NCBI GenBank assembly: GCA_046759945.1
Contig: JBHIDF010000001.1
Location: forward strand, 1-33,494
DNA: 33,494 nt
From: Nitrosopumilaceae archaeon
GTDB taxonomy: Archaea > Thermoproteota > Nitrososphaeria > Nitrososphaerales > Nitrosopumilaceae
Direction: 5' to 3'
The notes under the pieces were generated by a model. It was not told the origin of the DNA. It was given only the letters and a program-made list of their open reading frames with translations, and did not search any database. The translations under genes and the position numbers were made by a program. Below, in pieces: positions 24,984 through 33,494 of the stretch; the first letter of the stretch is position 1; the number at the start of each line of letters is the position of its first letter.

Positions 24984-25323
24984 GTGCCTTGCAGGAGGGA
25001 TTTGGACATCTTCTCTCTTCTGACTTGTCCAAATAAACTTCATAATTACATGAATTACACTTTAACTTCTCAATCACATCAAAAAGTTTGAACCACTGGG
25101 TAGTAAAGTCTTGGGCGATAATTCTTATCATTCCTTCATCACACAACTGTTTGAAAAAAACTTCCGTATCATCTATCGTCCATGAGTTGTCTATGTCACC
25201 GTTCTGTTTTATAATCTCAAAAATCTCATCGTTTGTAAATCGCTTGTCTACATCATTGAATCTTTCAAAAATTATTTTTCTTATCTGCAAGAGAATGGGT
25301 ACTGAAGGGGTGTACTCTCCCAT
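24976..25323 (-). CDS. Uncharacterised protein: helical/winged-helix-like N-domain plus C-terminal 4-Cys zinc ribbon; last gene of the suf operon
   Basis: 115 aa. C89-x2-C92-x13-C106-x4-C111 (KCNSCNYEVYLDKSEERRCPNPSC), plus C61. Starts 1 nt after the sufU stop on the same strand. Confidence 0.6.
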   Translation of the reverse strand: MGEYTPSVPILLQIRKIIFERFNDVDKRFTNDEIFEIIKQNGDIDNSWTIDDTEVFFKQLCDEGMIRIIAQDFTTQWFKLFDVIEKLKCNSCNYEVYLDKSEERRCPNPSCKAPI

Positions 25324-25324
25324 G

Positions 25325-25765
25325 TTAGAACAAATTGGACGCTTCTTCTTTTATTTTATTTGCTGAAGCAGTATCCTTCAGCTTGCTAATCAGATAAGAA
25401 TAGATTCCAGATTTCAGAACCTTAAGCGATAGTAAAGCACATTTTAATCTTGTAGGACCTAAATCAGTCAGGCCAAGATTTTCTAAAATATCTTCTTTAG
25501 CAAGTTTCTTGACCTCTTCGAAGTCTTTTCCCATCATCATTTCTGTCAGCATCGAAGCACTAGCCTGGCTTATTGCGCATCCTTTCCCTGTGAATTTTAC
25601 GTCCGATACCCTGTTGTCTTTTATGTTGATGTGCATCTCAAGTTCATCACCGCAAAGGGGGTTGCTATCACGTTTCACAATGTCTGGATTTTCTAACTTT
25701 CCAAAATTTCGAGGATTCCTGTAATAATCTAGAATTATTTCTCGATAAATATCCGCACTGCTCAA
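25325..25765 (-). CDS. sufU: SUF-type Fe-S scaffold / sulfur acceptor SufU (NifU N-terminal-like)
   Basis: 146 aa, TTG start in a TTGA overlap with sufS. Conserved Cys contexts NPLCGDE, GKGCAISQASAS and LKCALL. Confidence 0.85.
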   Translation of the reverse strand: MSSADIYREIILDYYRNPRNFGKLENPDIVKRDSNPLCGDELEMHINIKDNRVSDVKFTGKGCAISQASASMLTEMMMGKDFEEVKKLAKEDILENLGLTDLGPTRLKCALLSLKVLKSGIYSYLISKLKDTASANKIKEEASNLF

Positions 25766-27006
25766 AGCTTAAACATGTCCTTTGCTCTATTGAGGGATTT
25801 GCTCAAAACATCAACTTCTTCTTCGGTATTATAGATATAGAAACTTGCGCGAGATGTTGCAGCTACGTCGAGTCTTTCCATAAGCACTTGTGCACAGTGA
25901 TGCCCTGACCTTATCGCAACTCCATCTTCGTCAATTATAGTTGCAAGATCATGTGGGTGAATGTCGCCTAGATTAAATGATATAACACCGCCCCGCTTTG
26001 AAATATCACGTGGGCCATAAATCTTCATTCGTTTGATTTCAGAAAGCTGGTTTAATGCATATTCTGTTAGTTTCACTTCATGTTCTCTTACTCTCTCCAT
26101 TCCCAAGTCGTTTAGGTAATCTATAGCAGCTGCAAATCCTATAACGTCTGCAATGTTTGGAGTTCCTGCTTCAAACTTGTACGGAAGATCATTCCAAATT
26201 GTCTCATACTTGTGTACTTCCCGTATCATGTCCCCCCCACCATGAAAGGGCTGCATATTTTCCAAGAGCTCCCTCCTTGCCCACAAGATCCCTATTCCTG
26301 TAGGCCCAAGCATCTTATGTCCGGAAAACGCAAAAAAATCACAACCCATACTGGTAACATCGACTTTCATGTGAGGAACCGACTGTGCGCCATCAACAAA
26401 TGTCGTTACTCCCGCTTTCTTACACTTCTCAATGATTTTGTTGGTGTTTGTGATGGTTCCCAAAACATTTGACACCTGGCTGAAGGTTACAAGTTTTACT
26501 CTCCCAGTTTCAAGATAGTTATCTAGTTGATCCAGTATTAGCTCTCCATTGTCATCAATGCCAATATACTCAAGGTTTGCTGATTTTTCCCTCGTGAGTA
26601 GCTGCCAAGGCACAATGTTGCTGTGATGCTCGTACTCTGTTGTCACCACAATGTCATCTTTTCCTACATTCTGCCTCCCCCATGAATAAGCTACAAGATT
26701 AATTGCTTCAGTAGTACCCCGTGTAAAGACTAGTTCTTCACGACTCTTTACATTGATAAATTTTGAAACTTTGTCTCTTGTTATTTCAAAGGATTCAGTT
26801 GCTTCTTCTGCAAGTGAATAAACTGCTCTGCGGATATTCGCATTGTGGTTCAGATAGTAATCATTGATAGCATTTATCACCTGAAGTGGTTTTTGAGAAG
26901 TTGCAGCGTTATCAAAATAAACTAGACGTTTGTTGCCACGTACTTTGCGTTGGAGAATTGGAAAATCTTTTCTAATTTTTTCAATACTTAGAGCACTTGT
27001 CTGCAA
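25762..27006 (-). CDS. sufS: Cysteine desulfurase SufS (class II)
   Basis: 414 aa. PLP-Lys motif FSGHKMLGPTG and active-site Cys RSGHHCAQ. Confidence 0.93.
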   Translation of the reverse strand: MQTSALSIEKIRKDFPILQRKVRGNKRLVYFDNAATSQKPLQVINAINDYYLNHNANIRRAVYSLAEEATESFEITRDKVSKFINVKSREELVFTRGTTEAINLVAYSWGRQNVGKDDIVVTTEYEHHSNIVPWQLLTREKSANLEYIGIDDNGELILDQLDNYLETGRVKLVTFSQVSNVLGTITNTNKIIEKCKKAGVTTFVDGAQSVPHMKVDVTSMGCDFFAFSGHKMLGPTGIGILWARRELLENMQPFHGGGDMIREVHKYETIWNDLPYKFEAGTPNIADVIGFAAAIDYLNDLGMERVREHEVKLTEYALNQLSEIKRMKIYGPRDISKRGGVISFNLGDIHPHDLATIIDEDGVAIRSGHHCAQVLMERLDVAATSRASFYIYNTEEEVDVLSKSLNRAKDMFKL

Positions 27007-27009
27007 ATT

Positions 27010-27318
27010 TTACACCTCCACGTAAATCTTGTTTTGGTCTATTTTAACATTGTACGTTTTCAACGGCTTTTCTGCTGGAAGATTTTGAGGCTCGCCATCT
27101 TCGAGGTTAAAGATTGACAAGTGTAACGGACAGGTCACGTTGGTTTCGTTTAGCATACCTGTTGAAAGATCAGCTTCAGCGTGGGTGCAAATTCTGTCAG
27201 TAGCGTAAATTTTTCCGTCACAATTTGCTAGAAGAATCATTTTATCATCGTGATCAAAGCTATACATTTCCCCTTTTCCAAGTTCATCTTTGTCACAGGC
27301 TTTTACCCATTCTCCCAT
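27010..27318 (-). CDS. Rieske [2Fe-2S] ferredoxin-like protein
   Basis: 102 aa. Rieske ligands CTH (ICTHAEADL) and CPLH (TCPLHLSIF). Confidence 0.88.
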   Translation of the reverse strand: MGEWVKACDKDELGKGEMYSFDHDDKMILLANCDGKIYATDRICTHAEADLSTGMLNETNVTCPLHLSIFNLEDGEPQNLPAEKPLKTYNVKIDQNKIYVEV

Positions 27319-27324
27319 ACCTAC

Positions 27325-28725
27325 TCACCTGTACTTGTAATGGGTCTCCAGCTGATCAGCTTCACGGTATCTGACCTCTTCTACTTCTGCTATTGCCTTT
27401 AATTGCTCATCCGATTTGATGGTGAGATCACGACCCAGCCACTTACATTCTATAAGATATGCAACCCACGCACGTACTTGATATGACATCTTCCTAGATA
27501 GGGGTTCTAGAAAACCTTCTACGATGATCCTTTCGGCCTCGGGTTTGTCAAGACAACGGGTTCCAAGGTAGAATACTTGTTCTTCATCAACTTGAGCAAC
27601 AGATGCTGAGTGTGTTGCTTTGACATCGTTCGTAAAGATTTCAAGGCCAGGTATAGAATCGGATTTAGCTCCCTTATCCAGCAGAATTGAACGTCCTGAA
27701 AGGAACGATTGTGAATGGGCTGCATTTTCTTTAATTCTTATCATTCCTTTGAATAGAGATTTAGCAGTATCCTTCAAGACAGATTTTTCATTAACCTGCC
27801 CTACGGTGGATGGTGCCAAATGATTCACATTGGACGTTATGTCAAAGGACTGATTCTTGTTTCCAAAAATAACTTCAGAGTCAGTTGCTGTTGCACCTCT
27901 TCCAGTTAGATAATTATCAATTTTGTATCTAGAGAGTATGGCCCCAAACAATCCCAGATACCAGTTGATTCGACCATCTTGAGCTACATCACATCTTCGC
28001 GTGGAAAAGTTGACTGCGTTTTGGTCCATTGCTTGTAGTGTTGTCATCTCAAGTTCGCTGTTTGGTCCGACTTTCACATTTAACAGTTCAAGATATGCTT
28101 GTTGTTTAGGTGCTTTTGGTGCATATAATTCCTGGACTATTGAAGCCTTACTGCTTTCTTCACAAACCACAACATTTCGAGAAATAGTAGAAGTTCCATC
28201 AAGAGGAAGTGAAGAAATTATGTGGATTGCTTTGTCTAAAATTAGATTTCTTGGAACATAAATGAAAATACCTGAGTTGAAAAACGCATTGTTTAATGCA
28301 GTGTATTTATCTTCTTTTGGATTGGTTTCCTCCAATGATTTTCTGATTATATCAGAATGATTTTTCATTGCTTCATCTATAGAAGATATAGCCAGTCCTT
28401 TTGATTTTAGATCTTCAGGTAGGTTTATCTCTAGTATGTTTGAACCTATTTGCACGGCTCTGACGTCATTTGCAATTTCATCGAGTCTTTCTTTAAGAAA
28501 ACCTGGAACGGATTTGTCTGAGCTCATAGAAAGTGATACCTGATTAGGATCCATTTTGTTTACGTCGGAATACTTGTTATAAAGAGGAGATACTTCTGTA
28601 GGGAGATCTTGATAGACTGAGAATGAATTCTTTCTATACTCTTTAAGCCAAGATGGTTCGTTTTTCTCAGATGAAATTTCGTCTACGTGACTCGCTCTAA
28701 GTGTTGATAGAGTAAGTTGCTGCAT
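27325..28725 (-). CDS. sufD: Fe-S cluster assembly protein SufD
   Basis: 466 aa. SufB/D beta-helix family with a divergent N-terminus and C-terminal DEEQVFYLGTRCLDKPEAERIIVEGF. Sits directly downstream of sufB. Confidence 0.85.
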   Translation of the reverse strand: MQQLTLSTLRASHVDEISSEKNEPSWLKEYRKNSFSVYQDLPTEVSPLYNKYSDVNKMDPNQVSLSMSSDKSVPGFLKERLDEIANDVRAVQIGSNILEINLPEDLKSKGLAISSIDEAMKNHSDIIRKSLEETNPKEDKYTALNNAFFNSGIFIYVPRNLILDKAIHIISSLPLDGTSTISRNVVVCEESSKASIVQELYAPKAPKQQAYLELLNVKVGPNSELEMTTLQAMDQNAVNFSTRRCDVAQDGRINWYLGLFGAILSRYKIDNYLTGRGATATDSEVIFGNKNQSFDITSNVNHLAPSTVGQVNEKSVLKDTAKSLFKGMIRIKENAAHSQSFLSGRSILLDKGAKSDSIPGLEIFTNDVKATHSASVAQVDEEQVFYLGTRCLDKPEAERIIVEGFLEPLSRKMSYQVRAWVAYLIECKWLGRDLTIKSDEQLKAIAEVEEVRYREADQLETHYKYR

Positions 28726-28756
28726 GGTTAATCACAAAAATGCGAAGGTGCATCTT

Positions 28757-30157
28757 TTAGCCGACAGAACCATCCATTTCTAGTTTTATCAATCTATTAA
28801 GCTCTACTGCATACTCCATTGGGAGCTCTTTGGTGAATGGTTCCATGAATCCATTCACAATAAGAGTCAGAGCGTCTTCTTCTGAGAAACCTCTGCTCAT
28901 CAAGTAAAAGATTTGTTCGTCACCAATTTTTCCTACGGTTGCCTCATGTGTGACTGTGGCATCCTCTTGGTTAATTTCCATGTATGGGTATGTATCGGTT
29001 TTTGATGTATCATCTAGAAGAAGCGCATCACATCTCACAGTGGACTTCACGTTTGTTGCACCCTTTGCGACGTGTAGCAATCCCCTGTACGTAGATCTTC
29101 CGTTACTGCGACTTACAGATTTTGACGTGATTCTGGATGAAGTGTTTGGCGCCATGTGAATCATTTTAGCACCGGTATCTTGGTGTTGGTTCTTACCAGC
29201 AAATGCCACGGATAGTGTTTCACCGTGAGCCCTTTCTCCTAATAGATATATCCCTGGATACTTCATTGTGAGCTTGCTTCCAATGTTTCCATCAATCCAT
29301 TCTACCTTTGCGCCTTCATAGGCATAGGCTCGTTTTGTAACCAGATTATAAACGTCGTTACTCCAGTTCTGGATAGTTGTATATCTCAATTTTGCGTCTT
29401 TGTGTGCAATTAACTCTACTACAGCAGAGTGCAACGACTCTGAGGAATAGACGGGTGCTGTGCATCCTTCAATATAATGACATTCCGCACCCTCATCTAC
29501 GATGATTAGAGTTCTCTCAAACTGTCCGATGTTTTCTGCGTTAATTCTAAAGTACGCCTGTAGTGGCATGTCAACTTTGATGCCGGGTGGCACATAGATG
29601 AACGAGCCACCACTCCATACTGCACTGTTTAGAGCGGCAAACTTGTTGTCCTCAGGAGGAATTACTTTACCGAAATACTTTCTGAAAATTTCTGGTTGCT
29701 CTTTGAGAGCCGTGTCAGTGTCTAAAAATATGACTCCCTGTTTCTGAAGATCTTCTCGAAGGTTGTGGTATACAACCTCAGACTCGTATTGCGCACCAAC
29801 TCCCGCAAGGAACTTCTTTTCTGCTTCTGGGATTCCTAGTTTGTCAAAGGTCTTCTTCACATCTTCTGGAACATCATCCCAATTCTTCTCTGTCTTTTCA
29901 GAAGCCTTTGCGTAATAGTAGATATTTTGAAAATCAATCTTTTTCAGATCGCCTCCCCAGTTTGGCATGGGTCTTTTCATAAAGTGTTTGTAAGCTCGTA
30001 GTCTAAAGTCCAACATCCATTTTGGTTCACCCTTTAACTTGCTAATCTCCTCAACTGTTTCTTTTGTAAGACCCTTTTTACTGAGGTGAACATACATTTC
30101 AGTAGAATCTTTAAAGTCGTACTTACTGTAATCCATCTCAACGTTTTCAGTAGTCAT
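28757..30157 (-). CDS. sufB: Fe-S cluster assembly protein SufB
   Basis: 466 aa. Highly conserved SufB blocks [23 protein letters not shown] and [26 protein letters not shown]. Confidence 0.95.
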   Translation of the reverse strand: MTTENVEMDYSKYDFKDSTEMYVHLSKKGLTKETVEEISKLKGEPKWMLDFRLRAYKHFMKRPMPNWGGDLKKIDFQNIYYYAKASEKTEKNWDDVPEDVKKTFDKLGIPEAEKKFLAGVGAQYESEVVYHNLREDLQKQGVIFLDTDTALKEQPEIFRKYFGKVIPPEDNKFAALNSAVWSGGSFIYVPPGIKVDMPLQAYFRINAENIGQFERTLIIVDEGAECHYIEGCTAPVYSSESLHSAVVELIAHKDAKLRYTTIQNWSNDVYNLVTKRAYAYEGAKVEWIDGNIGSKLTMKYPGIYLLGERAHGETLSVAFAGKNQHQDTGAKMIHMAPNTSSRITSKSVSRSNGRSTYRGLLHVAKGATNVKSTVRCDALLLDDTSKTDTYPYMEINQEDATVTHEATVGKIGDEQIFYLMSRGFSEEDALTLIVNGFMEPFTKELPMEYAVELNRLIKLEMDGSVG

Positions 30158-30173
30158 CTACCAGCATAACCGT

Positions 30174-30195
30174 GTTATATTATAAATAGATTCTA
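30174..30195 (-). promoter_or_regulatory. sufB operon promoter: TAGAATCTAT box fused to TATA (TAGAATCTATTTATAATATAAC on the minus strand)
   Basis: The box starts 38 nt upstream of the sufB ATG (30157), which implies a leaderless or very short-leader mRNA. The 10-mer is identical to the one at the sirC promoter. Confidence 0.5.
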
Positions 30196-30218
30196 CAACC
30201 GTTGCAAGGGTTTTGTCG

Positions 30219-30246
30219 AAGTAGGTAAAGCTAAGTAGGTCAAGCT
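30219..30246. repeat. Tandem direct repeat, 2 x 14 nt (AAGTAGGTAAAGCT AAGTAGGTCAAGCT)
   Basis: Read directly from the sequence, with one mismatch between the copies. It spans the hemD stop codon and the hemD-sufB intergenic region, about 60-90 nt upstream of the sufB ATG on the minus strand. Confidence 0.7.
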
Positions 30247-31040
30247 AACGAAAAAATATTTTTGATAGTTTCAAACGCGCCAGAAATTGTATGAACTTCT
30301 GAAACAATTGGATCAATCCCAAATTTTTTCAGTTCGTTTCCAGTAAATGGTCCGATTGCAACCGCTTTGATCTTTCGTAATTTTTGTAACAATGTTTTTT
30401 CGTCATAATCGTTAAGCATGATTTCAAAGAATCCACTTACAGACGACGCGCTTGTAAAAACAATACCATCTACCACGCTCTTTGAAAATAACGATCTAAA
30501 CTCATTCCATTGTGATGTGTCGCGAAAGGTGCGAACATTATAAAGATAGATCTCTTTTACTTCCAACCCTATCTTCTCCAGTAATTGAGAAAGAAAGGGA
30601 GTAGATGCACCGCTACGAGGAAGTATTACTTTTTTTCCTTCTGGATTCAGTCTTGTAAGGACCTCTCCTACACCAACGGAGGAATATCTTCGAGGCGTGT
30701 AAGCTACTCTGATACCTTCTGATTCGAGTGTAGATCTGGTCTTTGGCCCTACTGCAACTACGATAGTATTAGCAACCGATAGTCGAAGAACTTCATATTT
30801 TGAAACTTTCCTTGCAGTTTCAAACAGAAGTTTAACAGCCTTTGAACTCATGAAGACAGAATAGTCAGGATCGTATTCCTTTATGGAATCTAAAAACTCG
30901 TCAACTATCTTTTCGCCTTTACTTACAAGCTCTATAGTTGGTAGTGAGATTGGTTTCGCTCTTTCTTCAGTCATCAATTTAAGGAATTCTTCCGAATCTT
31001 TTCTAGAACGCGTAATAGCTATTGTTTTTCCTTCAATCAT
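30240..31040 (-). CDS. hemD: Uroporphyrinogen-III synthase
   Basis: 266 aa with a two-lobe HemD-like layout (ITRS...; VFTSASSV...). Overlaps cobA by 4 nt within the heme operon. Confidence 0.75.
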   Translation of the reverse strand: MIEGKTIAITRSRKDSEEFLKLMTEERAKPISLPTIELVSKGEKIVDEFLDSIKEYDPDYSVFMSSKAVKLLFETARKVSKYEVLRLSVANTIVVAVGPKTRSTLESEGIRVAYTPRRYSSVGVGEVLTRLNPEGKKVILPRSGASTPFLSQLLEKIGLEVKEIYLYNVRTFRDTSQWNEFRSLFSKSVVDGIVFTSASSVSGFFEIMLNDYDEKTLLQKLRKIKAVAIGPFTGNELKKFGIDPIVSEVHTISGAFETIKNIFSLA

Positions 31041-31786
31041 TCCTTATTTCGCCATAGAATTTTTTCTGAGAGATTGACCACTTTCCCTACTATAATCACG
31101 GAAGGTGGTTTGATCTTAGCACTGGATACATTTTTTGATATTGTAGAAAGAGTGCCTTTTACCGTCTTCTGTTTGATTGTAGTACCATTTTGTATGACAG
31201 CCACTGGGGTTTTTTTATCCAAGCCTCCTGCAATCAAATTTTTGCATATAGTATCAATTCTAGACAGCCCCATCAGAACTACTATGGTGTCAACTGAGGT
31301 AGCTAGCTTCTTCCATTTGACGGATTCTTTTTTCTTTAGGGGGTCTTCATGTCCAGTAACTAAAGCAACAGATGAAGAGTATTTTCTATGAGTAAGCGGA
31401 ATTCCAGAATAAATTGCTGAACCGATAGCTGACGTAATTCCAGGGATAAATTCTACCTTTATGCCATGTTTTTTCAGAAATTCTGCTTCTTCACCGCCTC
31501 TGCCAAAAATTGTTGGATCTCCTCCTTTTAACCTGACCACGGTCTTTTTTGTTTTTACGAATTTTATCATCTTGTTGTTTGTGTCATCTTGATGTTTGTA
31601 GTTGTCACCAACATCTCTCCCAACATAAATTTTCATGGCTTTCTTTGGAATCATTTCAAGAATTTTTTTGCTAACAAGCCTATCGTATAGAACAACATCT
31701 GCTTTTTTGATGATTTCGACTGCTTTTAGCGTGATTAACTTCGGGTTGCCAGGACCCGCTCCCACTAGGTACACTTTACCTCTCAT
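31037..31786 (-). CDS. cobA: Uroporphyrinogen-III C-methyltransferase (SUMT)
   Basis: 249 aa. Contains VYLVGAGPGNPKLITLKAVEIIKKADVVLYD and RLKGGDPTIFGRGGEE. Confidence 0.9.
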   Translation of the reverse strand: MRGKVYLVGAGPGNPKLITLKAVEIIKKADVVLYDRLVSKKILEMIPKKAMKIYVGRDVGDNYKHQDDTNNKMIKFVKTKKTVVRLKGGDPTIFGRGGEEAEFLKKHGIKVEFIPGITSAIGSAIYSGIPLTHRKYSSSVALVTGHEDPLKKKESVKWKKLATSVDTIVVLMGLSRIDTICKNLIAGGLDKKTPVAVIQNGTTIKQKTVKGTLSTISKNVSSAKIKPPSVIIVGKVVNLSEKILWRNKE

Positions 31787-32718
31787 TTTTTATTCCATTC
31801 TCTTACCTTTTCTCGCCAATTAAGCGCTAGGTTGCCTATTCCTTTTTCTTCAAGCTCTTTGGCAGTTACATTACCAAGCAGTTCTGGCTCTGAAATGCTT
31901 GCTGTCTTTTCAACTACTATGGATCGTTTGCCATCGACTGAATACGCTGTAACAGTGAGTCTCATACTTTGCCCGTCAGGTTGCGCGTAAGCACCAATAG
32001 GAAATCTACACCCAGACTCTACGTATTTTGACAGTGTCCTTTCAGCTTCAATTGCTTGTCTTGATTTCTCATCTTCAATTTTTTTCAGCATTTGTACAGT
32101 GTTGACATCATCCTTTCTTGCAACTACTGCTAACGCCCCTTGCCCTGGTGATGGAGGGAAATCAGATATTGAGAGTTTGGTAAATTTCACATCGAGTTTT
32201 AGTCTTGCAATACCTGCTTGAGCCAAAACAACGGCATCATATACTCCTTCACCAATCTTTCTTATCCTAGATTCAACATTTCCACGTACAGGTTTGACAG
32301 TTACATCAGATCTTTTTCTTGATATCTGTACTGCCCGTCGCAAACTGCTTGTACCAATTACTGCACCCGGCTTTATTGATTCAAGTGTCGAACCGTCACT
32401 TGAAATGAAAACATCATTTACAGCTTCTCTTTTCGGAATAGAAGCTAAAATTAACCCTTCTGGTAGATCTGATGGGACGTCCTTCAGACTGTGCACCGCA
32501 AAGTCAATCGTCTTACCGATAACAGCTCTGTCTATCTCTTTTTCAAATATTCCTTTTTGGTTTATAGTAAAAAGTGGTCTCGCATCAGTGTCTCCTTTTG
32601 TCTTTATCGTCTTGATTTCAAATTCTATCTCACTGTTTTTCTTTTTGAGCTCAGATATCACCCAGTTTGTTTGAGCGAGGGAAAGTTTACTTCCTCGCGT
32701 TCCTACAAGATATTTCAA
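31783..32718 (-). CDS. hemC: Hydroxymethylbilane synthase (porphobilinogen deaminase)
   Basis: 311 aa. Contains VGTRGSKLSLAQT, SLRR and the cofactor-Cys context ESGCRFPIGAY. Confidence 0.92.
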   Translation of the reverse strand: MKYLVGTRGSKLSLAQTNWVISELKKKNSEIEFEIKTIKTKGDTDARPLFTINQKGIFEKEIDRAVIGKTIDFAVHSLKDVPSDLPEGLILASIPKREAVNDVFISSDGSTLESIKPGAVIGTSSLRRAVQISRKRSDVTVKPVRGNVESRIRKIGEGVYDAVVLAQAGIARLKLDVKFTKLSISDFPPSPGQGALAVVARKDDVNTVQMLKKIEDEKSRQAIEAERTLSKYVESGCRFPIGAYAQPDGQSMRLTVTAYSVDGKRSIVVEKTASISEPELLGNVTAKELEEKGIGNLALNWREKVREWNKK

Positions 32719-33494
32719 CTCTTCACCCTTTTGAGAGCTTTATCATAAGCAATTATTGCTTTGTTAAGGTCAGAATTTGTATGCGCATCGGAAAGAAATA
32801 CGGTTTCATATTGAGATGGAGCTACGAATACCTCATTTTTCAAGAGTGAGACAAAAAGATTCTTGAATTTTTTAGTATCTGCTTTTTTGGAAGACCTGTA
32901 GTCTGTCACCGGTTTATTTGTAAAGAAAATTTGAAACATAGAACCTAGGGAGTTGATCTGGTGAGGTATCCTAAGATCTGTAGCTGTATCATCTACTGCG
33001 TTTGAAAGAAATTTGCAATGCCTTTCAAGTTTTGAATATAGTTTTCTCTTGTTTTTGTTCATGCTTCTAATGGAACTGATTGCCGCAGAGACTGATATCG
33101 GATTTCCTGCATATGTGCTGGCTTGGTATACTTTGCCGTTTGGTACAAGGATATCCATAATTTTCTTCTTTCCACCGACGGCTGCTATAACAAAACCATT
33201 TCCAAGGGCCTTTCCAAGGGTTGTTAGATCAGGATTTATACCATAATACTCTTGTGCCCCACCCGGAGATAATCTAAATCCAGTTACAACCTCATCAAAA
33301 ATCAACGGAACGTCATGTTGATTTGTAATTTTTCTGAGTTCAAATAGGAAATTTTTTTCAGGTAAGATTAACCCCATATTTGCTAAAACAGGTTCTACAA
33401 TTACACCCGCAACGTCTTTGTGTTTTTCTAGAAGGGAAGCAAGTTCTTCTGAATTATTGTATTGTACCACGAGAGTGTTTTTTGAGATTTCTTC
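32715..33494 (-). CDS. hemL: Glutamate-1-semialdehyde 2,1-aminomutase, C-terminal part (gene runs off the right edge)
   Basis: The frame stays open to the window end, and the track GTG at 33470 is internal. Contains AGVIVEPV, IFDEVVTGFRLSPGGAQEYYG and the PLP-Lys context TTLGKALGNG. Confidence 0.88.
   Translation of the reverse strand, partial: EEISKNTLVVQYNNSEELASLLEKHKDVAGVIVEPVLANMGLILPEKNFLFELRKITNQHDVPLIFDEVVTGFRLSPGGAQEYYGINPDLTTLGKALGNGFVIAAVGGKKKIMDILVPNGKVYQASTYAGNPISVSAAISSIRSMNKNKRKLYSKLERHCKFLSNAVDDTATDLRIPHQINSLGSMFQIFFTNKPVTDYRSSKKADTKKFKNLFVSLLKNEVFVAPSQYETVFLSDAHTNSDLNKAIIAYDKALKRVKS

Noticed and set aside
1-33494. CRISPR arrays, rRNA genes, transposases/IS elements, toxin-antitoxin or other defence modules
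   Set aside because: Scanning both strands and all intergenic gaps (all under 265 nt) showed no repeat-spacer periodicity, no rRNA-like sequence, and no ORF with nuclease, integrase or transposase hallmarks.

Overview
This window reads as a core chromosomal segment of an AT-rich archaeon. Gene content, protein sequences and intron-bearing tRNAs resemble an ammonia-oxidising thaumarchaeon (Nitrosopumilales-like). That lineage call is inference, since no database search was possible. I call 45 protein-coding genes and 2 tRNAs, both with canonical 37/38 introns. Two genes are cut by the window edges, two are below the 60-aa ORF-track cutoff, and several have starts re-placed relative to the track. 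Layout: (i) 1-3.2 kb holds translation and RNA-modification genes (Pus10, SRP54, diphthamide-synthesis ATPase, aIF5A). (ii) 3.3-8.5 kb holds an orphan ORF, tRNA-Tyr, an Lrp regulator, an orphan response regulator, a Zn-ADH, ScpA/ScpB and a GNAT. (iii) 8.6-10.6 kb holds S8e, SRP19, Gar1 and TFB. (iv) 10.7-17.8 kb holds a lone sufC, a tightly coupled Cld/ChdC-like-DUF1802-aldo/keto reductase trio, and heme cluster 1 (ahbA/B fusion divergent from sirC-hemA-hemB). (v) 17.8-25 kb holds mixed small and unknown genes, tRNA-Leu, a PAC2-containing operon, PAP2 and pgk. (vi) 25-30.2 kb holds a sufB-sufD-Rieske-sufS-sufU-(unknown Zn-ribbon) operon. (vii) 30.2-33.5 kb holds heme cluster 2 (hemL-hemC-cobA-hemD). 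I see no CRISPR, rRNA, transposase, integrase or recognisable defence gene, and nothing that convinces me of a wholly new multi-gene system. The best leads are: the Cld-like/DUF1802/AKR operon next to a siroheme-route heme pathway; an AKR whose conserved N-terminus begins at CTG in a CTGA stop/start overlap; a 10-nt box shared at the same position in the sirC-hemAB and sufB promoters, plus a 14-nt tandem repeat upstream of sufB; a 40-aa C2H2 zinc-finger microprotein; an uncharacterised wHTH-like/Zn-ribbon gene closing the suf operon; and a Lys/Arg-tailed coiled-coil protein co-oriented with PAC2 and a two-TM beta-rich membrane protein. All functional calls rest on motif recognition by eye and need homology or structure searches.
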